64,000 nucleotides of DNA from Prorocentrum cordatum (Eukaryota): assembly GCA_963575745.1 (NCBI GenBank), contig CAUYUJ010000037.1, positions 558,001-622,000 on the forward strand. The letters run 5' to 3'. Positions 1 through 11,771 of the stretch are shown here, piece after piece. How positions within the stretch are numbered: position 1 is the first letter of the stretch; each line of letters starts with the position of its first letter. The notes beneath the pieces were generated by a model that did not search any database, was not told the DNA's origin, and saw nothing but the letters and a program-made list of their open reading frames with translations. A program made the position numbers and the translations under genes.

Positions 1-679
1 CTAGATTTTGAGGCCCAGAAGGGGCCCTCCTCCTGAGGGTCGATGGAAGTGGCGCGACTCCAGGGGGGGGTAGGGGGGGACACATAATAATGTAACATGA
101 TACAATATGTAGGAATTATGCAAGCATTGGACACATTGGATCCATTGCATTACAGCATCCGCGGACCTGCCTCCGGCAACACGTCACTTCCGGACGTGGA
201 TTCTCTAGGCTTACGCCACATCCGCCGACCCCTTTAAGGGGGGTTGGGTGTGTGGGGGTCTGTTTTGAGCACATGTGTGGTCCCGCGGGTCACGGTATAG
301 TCAGGTGGTCGAGGCGCTGCGGCGGCGACCCAGCAGCGGACGTTCGAGGTGGAGCGTCGCCGGTGGCCAATAATATATTTGGTGCTCGGCGTTTTTTTTG
401 TCTTTTTCTGTTTTGGGGGGCGCCTGGTTCTTTTCGCGGGGGCGTCCTGGCAGCATTGATGGAGAGCTTCTGGGGGCCTCATGCTGTTTCTGTGGGGGCC
501 CGCGGCTTTACATTGCCGTTTGGATCCTGCGGTAGGGCCGTCCCAGAGCTTTCTTGGAGGCATCTTGGGCCGCGTGGGTGCCATCTTTGGCGTCTTCGAA
601 CGATCATTTGGCGGCTCGGGGTTCTGGTGAGTTGTCGTGGGGGCCCTTTGGGAGTTGCCGAGGCTGGACCCCACTTGAA

Positions 680-3600
680 AACTGGAGTGGATTATGTGAT
701 CAAAGAGGGATGGGCGAGCTATTCGTGGGTGCCGTTCCCGGATGTTCCGGAGTTGGAAACTCTGAGGCACACGTGGGTGCTGGTGCGGAACGAGCGCCCG
801 AGGAACCCGAGTTTTCATGGAGCGCCGCAGCCGAAGCACGGAGCGGGGCAGGAGGATAGGAACGGGCTCTTGTTGATGGTCTATTTTCGGGCGTTCGCAC
901 TGCGTGACGACGTCGAATGTGGAGTGCCGCACCTGCAGGACTTCCGCGGGGCGCAGGGGTCGTGGGCGGAGGCGTCATTGGATTGGTTAAAGAAAGGCAT
1001 GCCATGTGAAGAAACAAAGAGGCACGTGCAGAACTACATGGGCGCGGTGGATATGCGACCAGTCACGGACGAAGATCTAGTGAAACACGAGGACGAGCTT
1101 TACAGCTATGAAGAACTGGATCCGAGAATTGTCGACGCGGCGACAAGGCGAAAGACGCATGTGGGAGGCGCGTCCATGGAGAAAAAGGACAGGCGGATAA
1201 ATGTAGATGCGGAGTGCGAAAGGGAGAAGAGCCGGGAGGCCATGGCCAGGGGCGACGCCGTGCGGGGCGCGAGCACTGGTCGGATGAACGGAAAGCGCAA
1301 GAAGCGCGGAGGGGGCGGCGTGTTGAGGTGGGACGACGCGGAAGTGAAGAAAGTGCAAGCGGTGGCCGCGGCGTCGAAGGCCGCAGAAGGCAGCGGCGCG
1401 GGTGGAGAGGAAGGTGCCCCAGAGGTGGTGGCGGCCAAGAAAGCAACAGCGTCAAGCGTGCGGAGATGGAGGCAAGGGCTTGCGGAGAACGGGTTGAACG
1501 CGGGACAGCGTAGCGTCGTTGAGAGGGTGGCAGATCGCGCGTCGGCGCAAGAATTCGGGGGGTCCGCGAGCGGCAAGAAAACAGGGCAGAGTGGTCTTGA
1601 TATGCAGCCCCTCGCGTGGACGTTGCATGGCGGCCCAGGGGCTGGGAAGAGTTTCGTCATAGACAAGATCCGGAAGGAGCTGTTCGAAAAGAGCTGGAGT
1701 GGACGCACGGCGTAGATTTGCAGGCGGCAGCGTTGCAGGCTACAAACGCGCCAGCTCTCGACGGGAATACGATTCACAGTGCATTTGGGCTCGGTGTGAA
1801 CAAAACGAAGGAGAAGGACGCGGCGGGCAATGCCAACGCAGAGACGAAGAAGAAAACGAAGAAAGAGCAAGCGGCGCAGCATATGTCACAGTGGAAGTGG
1901 CTGATTGTGGACGAGGTGAGCATGGTGAGCGCAAACTTCATCGCGGAACTCGATTCGCATCTGCGGACGTGCATGTCAGCTGCGAGTGGCACGAAAGTAG
2001 GGACAGACGGTGTGGACAGGCCGTTCGGGGGCATCAACGTGTTGTTCTGCGGAGACTTTTATCAGTTAGAGCCTCCCTCGGGAACGGCCATCAATGCGCT
2101 GCCCACATCGTATCTGGAAAAGCAAGAAAGTACGCGCCGGGTGCCGCGGAGGACCACGGTCAGCATATCTTCCGGGGAAGGGGAGGCGCAGGGGCAGCGC
2201 AAGGAATGACAGGGCTGACAGAGCGCAAGTGCGCGGACGGCCGACGGACGCGCCAGGATCGCGGGCGAACGGCGCGTCGCAATGCGGAAACTCGCAGCGT
2301 CGAGATAAATCAGAGGAAATTGGCAGAGACAATAACATGGAATGCGCGGTGTGCACAGTGGAGCGAGGGAAGAGGAAACTCGCGGCGACGTCGCCGGTAG
2401 ACCCGCGATTTCGGGAAGAGAAATTCGTGGAAGCCGTGGCGATCTATGCCAATCAGGACATTCGGTGCCACGTCGGGAAGCAAAGTGCTGTGCAGTGGGC
2501 GACGGAACACGGAAAGCAATTGCTATGGGTCGCGGCGAGAGATCGCCCGTGCCATGGGGGGGGGCAGAGACGCCCGTGCACCGTGGAGGACAGGATACGG
2601 TGGCTAGGTTATCACGACAAGGAGTGCGTGAGCTTGCTGGGGTGGCTGCCGTTGGCTAAGGGGATGCCCGTGGCCTTAGGAGATCACTTGGACAGGTCGA
2701 AGAAGCAGCTGCTGCGGGGAAGCCACGCGACGATTCATGGGCGGGGCTTGCACGAGGGCGAAGTCGTGGGAGACGAAGAAGAAGTGTTGTCGCACTTGCC
2801 AAGAGTCATAGTGTTGGACTTCCACACGAAGAAATGGCACTTGCCCGGGTGGGGGCCGGGACTGTATCCAATTGTTCCATCGAAGGGGCGCCAGTGGTTC
2901 TTGGGCGGGCATCGGAAGCACCCGGCGTTGGGGGTGAAGCGCACGCAGTTCATGATTACGCCAGCGTTAGCAATCACAGCGCACGCCGCGCAAGGGCGGA
3001 CGTTGGGCGCAGTGATAGCGGATCTGGAAGGAGGGCGCGGCGTAAGTTGGATGTCCAGTTACGCGGCGATTACCCAGGTGAGGAGACGGAAGAACTTACT
3101 TATCTTCAGGCCTTTCGACAGGAAGCCGCACAACGAGGGGGGGGTGCCCGGCGCGCAGATGCCGTTGCAGGTGCTACGCGGCGACGCTGTGGATTGGGGG
3201 GAGTGGGGGGCGAAGCTGATGCCGCGCGATCAGCGCGGGCGTTGCCGACGTCGGCTGCTAATGGCGGCGTTCACGAAGTACGAGTTCCAGCGGAAGGAGA
3301 GACTGGCCTTCTGTAAAGAGTGCACGGAAGAGATGAAGAGCCTGGACGAGAAATGGTGCAAAACGTGTGACACGTGGGCAACGAAGACTCACGGCGACGA
3401 AGGCGCACGGAGGGGCGACGATGAGGGCGCGGCGAGGGTTCGCGATGGGGACGACGCCAAAAAAGTTCGGACCATGTACTGTGTCAAATGCAGCAATGTG
3501 AAGGGGCAGCAGAAGTCGCGCCGTGCCAACGCCAAGTGGGCCGAGAGCGCGGGCAAAGTGCGCTGTTCGAATGACGGCTGTCCGTCGCTATTGCCAGAGG

Positions 3601-4160
3601 AGGCGGACATGTTGGTAGCTCAAAAGAAGCACAAAGCAGCAGGGGAGAGGCTCTGTCAGAGGTGCGCGGAAGAACGAGAGAGGACGACGCGCGAGCCGAA
3701 TAACAGGAAACGCAAGGTGCGTTGCTCGAACGAGAAATGTCTGTCGCTTTTCCAAGAGGAGGCAGATATGTCCGATGCACAGCAGAAGCACAAAGCAGCG
3801 GGGGAGAGGCTGTGTCAGAGGTGCGCGGAAGAACGTCAGAGGACGACGCTCGAGTCGAATAATAGGAACGGAAAGCCGAGGTGGATGCGAAACCGCTGAC
3901 GTGCGCGGCGTGCGGAGGAGCGTTCTCAGACACGAAACATTTGAAACAGACGCAAAAGGAACATCATCGAAAGGCGACATAACTCAAAGTCGTGTGCGGA
4001 GACTGCACAACACGCGGGTTCACCGCGCGCAGTTGCCAGGCGTATCAGTGCAGCGGCGCATGCAAGAGAAGACTGCCGAAGTCGGCGTTCCCCGATCCGC
4101 ACAATGTCCCGCGCGACGCAAAGAAGGGCACCCCGAAGTGCAAGACATGCAAATGATGGC
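680..4160 (+). pseudogene. Frameshifted PIF1-family (SF1B) DNA helicase, Helitron-like, with C-terminal Cys-rich Zn-finger-like repeats
   Basis: PIF1 motifs in order across three frames. ORF 252..1715: Walker A LHGGPGAGKS. ORF 1616..2209: GNTIHSAFG, Walker B LIVDEVSMVS, RPFGGINVLFCGDFYQLEPP. ORF 2094..3899: PLAKGMPVAL, RTQFMITPALAITAHAAQGRTL, SYAAITQVR. No HUH/Rep domain recognised. Confidence 0.85.
3555..3872 (+). repeat. 159-bp tandem duplication encoding a 53-aa CxxxxC...CxxC unit
   Basis: KVRCSNDGC...LCQRCAEERERTT at 3555-3713 and KVRCSNEKC...LCQRCAEERQRTT at 3714-3872. Confidence 0.9.
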
Positions 4161-4919
4161 CAATCGGGCGCGCGTGCTGGGGAGAAAAAGGAGGACGGGG
4201 AGAGAAGGGCGGGGGGTGAGGCGGAAAATGGGGGGGAGAAGCATCGAAGAGGGCGAGGTGAAGCGGGGCAGGAAGAGGAGGAGGGGGACGACGAGGAGGT
4301 GGGGGAGGAAGAGGAGGGGAGGGGGCACTGAGATGAGGCTCTCGGTTATGGGTTGTGGGGTAGAGGCTTGTGGTATGTGTATGGGGATGGAGGAGGCCGG
4401 GGAGGAGGAGGAGGGGGACACGGAGACAAGGTTCTGGGTCATGGGTTATGGGTTAGAGGCTTCAAGTATGTGTATAGGGATCTCGCGGCACGCCTCTCGG
4501 GGGCCCCTGGAACGCAGTGATGAAGCCACTTGGGGGCCGATTCGGAGCTTCTGGGGGGCTTCCACGAAGGCGTTGCAGCGCGTCTGGCAGCGCGCGAATG
4601 CTGTGGACAGTAGGGAGGAACAAAGCAGGAGGGGGAGACGACGGGGGAGGAGAAGGAGGAGGAGCAGGAGGGGGAGGAGGAAGAAGACGACGAGGACAAG
4701 TGAGAATCTTGTCGTGGATCCTGAGAGGGGTTTTTCTCGAATGGCCTGAGGCCCGTCCCGCCAATCCCGCCACCATGCCTGGGTTGTGAGTCAGAGGCCT
4801 CTGGAGTGTTCTTTGGGATCTCGTGGTCGGTCTCTCGGAGACCTCAAGTGTCAAGTGGTACCAACCAAGTACCACGCGAGGTGCGTCGTCCGTATGCCTC
4901 AAGTGGTACCGCCCGCACT

Positions 4920-5623
4920 TTGGAGACCGTTTGGGGGCAGTTTTGGGGCCTCTTGGGGCCTGTTTTGGGCCTCTTGGGGCATGCTTGGGGCTTTTTGGGG
5001 GCCTCTTGGGGGGCCAGTTTGGGCTTCCCGGGGGCGTCTGGGGGCCGAGGGCTCGAAATGAGTTTTTTTCCCCCCCTCTTGGCGCCCTCTTGGGCCCGTC
5101 TTGGGGCCCTCTTGGGCCGTCTTGGGCGCCTCTTGGGCCGTCTTGGGGCCCTCTTGGGCCGTCTTGGGGCCATCTTGGAGGCCTCTTGGGCCGTCTTCGG
5201 GCTGTCTTCGGGGCCTCCGGGGCCGTCTTGGGGCGTCGGGAAGCGGAAAACGCGAAAGCCCAAAATTCATTGAAAAACAATTGAAAAATCAATGTTTTTG
5301 GCTTTTCAGCCCCCCTTGGGAGGCCTTTTGGAGGCTTCTTGGGGCATTTTCGAGGCCTCTTGGCCCGTCTTGGAGCCATCGTGGGCGTCTTTGAGCGTTT
5401 GTTTGGCGTCTTGGGGCCCTCGTGGGCCGTCTTGGAGGCCTCTTGGGGCCTTTTTGGCCCGTCTTTGGGCCCTCTTGGGCCCGGAAGAGCCCCGTGAGTG
5501 GCTCGCGCCGGGCCAGGGGGGGGGTCCGGGGGGGGGTCAAATCTCCGGTTTGGAGTCCCCAGGGGGGGGTTACGGGGGGGGAACAATCTCACACGCTTCG
5601 AGACCCGCAAGGGGTCGGCGGAT
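4920..5623 (+). repeat. CTTGGGGCC/CTTGGGCCGT minisatellite-rich dispersed repeat ending in G-runs and a hairpin
   Basis: Tandem 10-11-bp units such as tcttgggccg/tcttggggccc. Diverged relatives at about 51780-52050 and 53200-53650. Confidence 0.8.
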
Positions 5624-6659
5624 TCGCGATAACGCCCGTTATCGGCCCTGCCCCCCCCCCCCTCCCCCTCCCCTGGTCACGCCACGATTCGCGACAGCGC
5701 CGTGTGGGAATGAGCCATTAGTGACGTGACCCGCCCCCTCCCCCTTCTCCGCCCCACCCCCCCACGGTCACGGGAGGAGGAGACCCACATACGGCCACGG
5801 GGTTGCCCTGGGCCTTGGGCCTCTCTTGGGAGCTTTGTCGGGCCTTCTGCGGGGGTCATCTCGGGGCCGTCTTGGGGCGCTCCTTGGGCGGAGGGCTCCA
5901 GGGAGCACGACCGGGAGTGCGGAGATTTGGACCTCCAGGGAGCTGGCCTGGAGGGAGTTCTTCAGATGCCTCGCGGAAGCTACTTGAGGGGGTCTGTGCC
6001 CATTCAGGGGGTGCTCTCAGGGAACGTCTGCGGTGCACCCGGGGAACTTCCTGGGCGTCTTCAGGCCGTCTGCAGTGGCGGACGCTGCACCATGTCCCCC
6101 AACGGTCCGCTCGGGTTCCCCTTTCGGGTCCCCTCGTGGGGGCGTCGGGGGCCGTGTCGGGGCGATCCTGGGGGCGTCGTGGGTCTCGTGGGCGCTCTTG
6201 TGGCCGAGCGTTTTTGTTGTCGCAGCGAGTGTGGCTCACGGCAGGTGGGCGAGGAGGCGTTTCCCGATGTGCTCTCGTTGGCGGTCAAGGCTTTTCGGGA
6301 GACTCCGCATTTTCGCCGAGTGGGCGGGGGGGGCAGGGGGACTTCGACCTGGGTCACACCTCGTTCGGGCTAGGGCGGGCCGCGCAAGAGGAGGAGGAGG
6401 AGGAGGAGGAGGAGGAGGAGGCAGGAAGAGGCACGCTCAGAACACGACGAACTTCCCGTGCGGCGCTGGCGGCCTCAGGCTCACCACAGATTCGAAGTCA
6501 CCCTGAGGCCCAGCATGCGTGAGAGAGCCGCCTCTTGAGCTGCCTCCCAGGGCCTCCAGGGACGGTTCGATGGAGCCCCAAGAGGGCGGGCAGACACGTG
6601 TCTGGGGCCATCCTCGGAGCATGCTGTGGATTCGGATGCCCGACCGCGGCCCCGCTGGG

Positions 6660-6775
6660 TCGGGACACGCGCGAGACGAGCCCCGAGAGCGCCTGAGGGC
6701 GTCCGGGAATCGGGCGTCGGGACCCTCAAGGGTCCGGGAATCGGGGGTCGGGAATCGGGGGTCGGGACCCTCGAG
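6660..6775. repeat. Short tandem GGGAATCGGGGGTCGGGACCCTC repeats
   Basis: Repeated units visible directly. Confidence 0.6.
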
Positions 6776-7125
6776 CGTTCAGTGCTGCCAGCAAGCTTGA
6801 CACCACGTGACGTGGCTGGCCCCGGCGATGGCTGGATGCACACATCGTGGCTGCATGCCCTTCCGGCGCTCGGCCCTCTGCGGCTGGGTACGCTGGCCCT
6901 CCGCACGTGTACCCAGCGCGTGGCCTCCGCGTGCGTTCCACACGTTCGTCCAGCCGCACGTGTGTTCCGGCGTCCCGGTAGGCCCCCCCCCCCGGGCCTG
7001 AGGGCACTCCACCACGTGCCGTCGGCACGGCGGCGGATACAGGCGCACGCAGGGCCGGTGACTGCCCAGCAGGGGGGGGGGAGGCGTGGGACAGCCGGCG
7101 CGGACACGCTGCCGCGAGGCGTCAG

Positions 7126-7600
7126 GGGGGGGGGGGGATTCTGACCTGCCCAGGATGGGCAACCTGGGCGTGGAGGGGGAGACCACCAACTCGTGGCTCA
7201 ACACGGCCGTCTTCATCGAGGTCTGGCACTGGCTAGTGAAGGACGGGCGCTGGAAGGGCTACGACTGGACGGTAAAAGTTGACCCTGACGCCGTATTCTT
7301 CCCCGAGAGGCTTCGGGATCATGTCAGGCCTTACACGCCTCCAGGGGGTGGGAATTACTACCTCGTCAATTGCAACAAGCGGTACACGGCAGATCCGGAT
7401 GACGAGGTCTTCAAAGAGAAGCTCTTCGGGGCGCTCGAGGTCTTCAGCAAGCAGGCCGTTCAGGCATACCAAGACGGCCACAAGCGTTGTACTGATGAGC
7501 TGAAGTGGCATGGATGGGGCGAAGACTACTACATGCAGAGCTGCCTGAGCTTTCTTGGAGTGCTTCCCGTTGGTGACTTCACCATGGTCGGGGACAAGAG
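7126..7600 (+). CDS. Internal exon of a GT31/Fringe/core-1-galactosyltransferase-like glycosyltransferase (host gene)
   Basis: Within ORF 7086..7874: YDWTVKVDPDAVFFPERLR (DxD motif), LFGALEVFS, WGEDYYMQSCL. Protein-like sequence stops at AAGAG|GT (7600/7601). Acceptor AG near 7118-7125 is approximate. Confidence 0.75.
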
Positions 7601-7910
7601 GTGCCCTTGCGCTGCCGGGATCTCTGGAGCCCCAGTCCCGTCTGCCAGACTGGTCCTCGCCACTCCCCAAGCAGGAAAAGGTGGAGGAGAAGGAGGAAAG
7701 TGGGGAGGGGATCGAGGAGGCGGGTCGATTGTGCTGGACTCTGCTGGAAGAGCACACCAAAGCTCCATGAACACAATTGCGCCCGAAGTCAGATCGGGCA
7801 GCGGCGTGATCAAAGGCCACCAGTCTGACAGAGACAAAGAGTCTTGGGGACCCCAGCCTTCAGCCCCACAGTAGGCGCCAGCAGCCTTCCTAGCAGGTCA
7901 GCTGGGGCAG

Positions 7911-7911
<1 letters not shown>

Positions 7912-7943
<32 letters not shown>
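7912..7943. repeat. (AAC)n microsatellite
   Basis: About 10 perfect AAC units. Confidence 0.95.
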
Positions 7944-8047
7944 CCCTCTGTGTCGCAGCGACGGGAACGGACCACGCAGCGTCGGAGAACTTACCCGGCC
8001 GCGGCCAACCTGATGGTGCACCAGACAGGCTGGAAAAGTATACAGGG

Positions 8048-8262
8048 TTCGTTTCGATTCCTCCGATTCGATTCGATTCGATTTCGATGGCTTCCGACTC
8101 GGATTCGATTCGATTTCGGATTCCGATTTGGATTACTTACTATTTCAGGATGGAGGCCTGCTTGCCTGCCGATTTCCGCCGATTCGACTTCTCCCGACTC
8201 TGCTGCCGATTTCCGCCGACCCTCTTCCTTTCGATCGCCTCTCCGATTTATCGATTCGATTC
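8048..8262. repeat. Degenerate (TTCGA/TTCCGA)n satellite
   Basis: Repeated ttcgat/ttccgat units. Confidence 0.8.
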
Positions 8263-8485
8263 TCGGCGCTCCTTGGATGTCAACACCGGCAAGAACAGGG
8301 TGTGCCCAGACCGGTCAGAAGCGCATTGCTGGCCGCTCCATCCACTGGATCAGGCGCATCCATGCCGGCCGGCTACTCCCTCGCACTTACAGTCGGCCCA
8401 GATTAGTAGGTCGACCCTGCCAATTCAAGGGTACCCTTGTGTCTTGTGTCCCGCGACCCATGCTTCCTACATTCCTGTGGCAATA

Positions 8486-8662
8486 CAGTCAGCGCCCTGA
8501 AGAAGGAACCCTTTTCGTTGGGGAGGGGCTCCGCGTTCCTTAAGTGTTTCACAGCTTGCCTCAGGCTTTCCTTATGTCTTCGACAGGAAGTCGAAGGTTA
8601 ACTTACGGACAAAAAGGGGCCTCGTTCCTCATTGAGGGTTCCTTATGTCAACGCCCCGACTG
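8486..8662. mobile_element. Tc1/mariner-type MITE with TA target-site duplication
   Basis: Left end TA|CAGTCAGCGCCCTGAAGAAGGAACCCT; reverse complement of right end TA|CAGTCGGGGCGTTGACATAAGGAACCCT. CAGT termini plus TA flanks are typical of the superfamily. Confidence 0.7.
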
Positions 8663-8764
8663 TATGGCCCTCGGAGGGGTCTTGTGCCCTCCCGCGTGTC
8701 CCGTCCCCTCGAGTCCGACTGCACGCCGCGCGCCGTCCACGAGCGTGTGCGTTCTTGTGCGCCG

Positions 8765-9345
8765 TGGTCTCGAGCAGCGTGCCGACGCGGGGCCCTCCGG
8801 CGGCGCTCCCGCGGCCCGCCCCCGTGCGGGCTCGGGCGACGCTCGCGAGAGACGCGGGCGACCGTCGCGTTTCCGCGTGTGGCTTCCCGTCCTGCGTCGC
8901 GTTAAAACTCAGGGGAGGAAGAACCGCCCGGACCCGACAATCGGCGTCTACTGAACGGCCCTGGGCGTTTACGACACGGCCCTGTCCTGTTCGATTCCTC
9001 TTCTGGGCGCGTTTACTAAACGGCTTCGCGTGTCGGGGTGGTTATGATTATGGGGGTGGATTCGTTGACCTCGATTAACGCAGTGTTCTCGAGCAGAGCG
9101 CCCACGCATGGCGCTCCTACGGCGCTCTGGCGGCCCGCTGACTGCGGACTGGTGACGCTGGCGAGAGACGCAGGCGACCGCAGTCTGTGCGCGCGTGTTG
9201 TCTTTCTACGCGTGGTGTTTTTACATGGTGTTTTCGAGTAGCGTGCCGACACAGGGGCGCTCCTGCGTTGCTACAGCGGCCCCACTGCGGACCCGGGCGA
9301 CATTCGCGAGGGACGCGGGCGACCGTAGCGTTTGCGCGTGGCGAA
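8765..9345. repeat. Three diverged copies of an approximately 115-bp GC-rich unit
   Basis: tcgagcagcgtgccgac...gcgagagacgcgggcgaccg recurs at about 8769, 9088 and 9233. Confidence 0.75.
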
Positions 9346-10923
9346 ACGATGCCCAAGCATGTATGCCGTCTCTGCTCTTCAGCAGAAGAAGGATGATGAG
9401 GTGCATGGGCAGTAGGGATAAGGATACCGACGATTATGGAAGCGCGGGTGATGTTGTGGAGGAGGAGGAGGAGGAAGTGGAGGAGGAGGAGGAGGAAATG
9501 GAGGAGTTTGTTTTGCTGTGGACGGCTGCACAGACAGGCTGTACGAAGCGTCTGGCAGGCAGGCAAAAAGTGGAACATCGGATGCCCAGAGGAGAGAGGT
9601 TTCAGCCACACCAGCTCCCAGTCGAAGTAGGCCAAGCCGGCAGCACTGGCCAATCACGATGGACTCGAGGCCTTCACGAGCTCCTGCACCCGTTCGTTGA
9701 ACGTGTGCTGCGAGATCGTGCCATCCTCCAGCTGGAACGGCAGCGCCATCGCGTGCTGCGCTTGGTCGCCGAGCACGGGCCGCATCCGCCAGCAAAGGCC
9801 GTCGTCCGAGGGCTGCACCGACAGGCCCCTGCCATCGCTGGAAGCTCCAGCGCCTCCAGGGACCACCTCAGGATCAGCTTCATCAGCTGCGCCGCCGCGG
9901 ACAGGACCACGTGGCAAACCACCAGCGGCAGTCCCAAAGGCGGGTTCGACCACGTTTCTTCCCCCAGGTGTTTGAACAGCACCAGCTCCGTAGAGAAGAT
10001 CACCACCATCGTGCACTCGAGAGCCAGCGACAACATACTGACCATCATCTGCTACTTCTTGAACGGCCTCAAATTCGCCGACGGTCGCCGACGTAATCAA
10101 GTCCTGCTCCAACTTCCGAATGTCCTTCGTCTCCTGCACCCTCTGCTTCTTCTTGAACCGTTTGGCCCTCCGCGTGTCTTTTAACTCAGTCTCGGTGAGG
10201 GGCTTCCGCAGAGATGCCATGCCGCCGGAGGCGGAACTGGCGGGCGTGGCGTCTTCACAGTGGCGTCCTCGGTGTCGACTGTGTCCCCCAACACAGAATC
10301 GTTCTCGACACCGTCAAACCCGAAGGCCGAGGCGGCAGTGTAGGCAAGTTCGGCGTGTTCCCGGTCGAAATCGTCGGCCCAAGACGCACGCTCGGCGTCC
10401 GGCTGTACGGGCCCACAAGTTGAAAGTGGAGGAGGAGAAGGGGGAGCAAGAGAAAGAGGCATAGGGAGGGGAGGAGAATAAGAAAGAGTATGATATCGCG
10501 TATCCCCTTCCTCGCGTTCCTCGGGGTTCCTTTGGTTCCCTGGGTCACAGTGCTCCCGTTTCCTTCCTGCTCCGGAAGGTCAGCATTCCTTGGGTTCCAG
10601 GGTTCCATAGTTTGGTTGCTTGATTGTTGTTGAAGCCACGCCAAGCAATGCTTAGCGACGCATGTGCATGCCAAGCACGCGCAGCAGAGCCAAGCAATGC
10701 AAGGCAATGCAAAGCAATGCCAAGTGACGCCGAGCATTTAGCAACACATACGACGCAAACGCATGACACGAAAACACTCCGCACAACACATCACGCAAAA
10801 GCACCACGCAAAAGCACGACGTGCCATATTACACCCGTCGGCGCACCTTTCCGCTATATGGTTGCATTTGTGTACGCCTACACATATGTGTGTATATATA
10901 TGATACCGGAGAAAAAACCCGAT

Positions 10924-11338
10924 CAGGGCTATAGGGCTAGGGGGCTAAAGGGCTATAGGGCTATTGCGCTATAGGGCTATAGAGCTATAGGGCTACCTAT
11001 ACGAACACCCTTCGGGTGATAAGGAGGTTCGGGGGGGGAGGAACAAACGTCTCACTCGATCGGTCTCACTATCGATCTCACAATCGATCTCACTATCGGT
11101 CTCGCTCGATCGATCTCACTCGGTCGATCTCACAATCGATCTCACTCGATCTATTTCATTCGATCGTTCTCACAATCGAAATGACTATCGATCTCACAGT
11201 CGATCTCACTATCCATCTCACTCTCGATGTCACAATCGATCTCACATTCGGTGTCGTTACCGATCTCGCTATCGATATCACAATCGATATCACAATCAAC
11301 GTCATCATCATCAACATCATCGTCATCAACGTCATCAA

Positions 11339-11374
<36 letters not shown>

Positions 11375-11730
11375 CATCATCATCACCATCATTGGGATAC
11401 CATCATCATCACCTCATCACCATCATCATCAACATAATCGTCATCACCATCATCATCATCATCACCGGGGCACCATCATCGTCACCATCATCATCGTCAA
11501 GATCTTCATCATCATCGGGAAACCATCATCATCATTATCATCATCATCATCGGAACACAACCATCATCATCATCATCATGATCATCATCATCATCATCGC
11601 ATCTTCATCATGAACAACATCGCCAGCATCATCGTCATCTGGACACCATCATCATTACCAACAACATCATCAACATCATCACCATCACCATCGGGACACC
11701 ATCATCATCGCCACCATCATCATCATCGTT

Positions 11731-11771
<41 letters not shown>

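Larger units (their letters stand above)
220..5623. mobile_element. Candidate helicase-bearing element bounded by a 15-bp perfect inverted repeat
   Basis: ATCCGCCGACCCCTT at 220-234 is the reverse complement of AAGGGGTCGGCGGAT at 5609-5623. Each end overlaps a small hairpin. No TSD seen. Confidence 0.45.

Noticed and set aside
4462..5729. ORFs over the CTTGGGGCC repeat
   Set aside because: Repetitive translations of a stop-poor minisatellite.
10924..10995. Telomeric repeat
   Set aside because: The unit is AGGGCTAT, not TTTAGGG, and it is interstitial.
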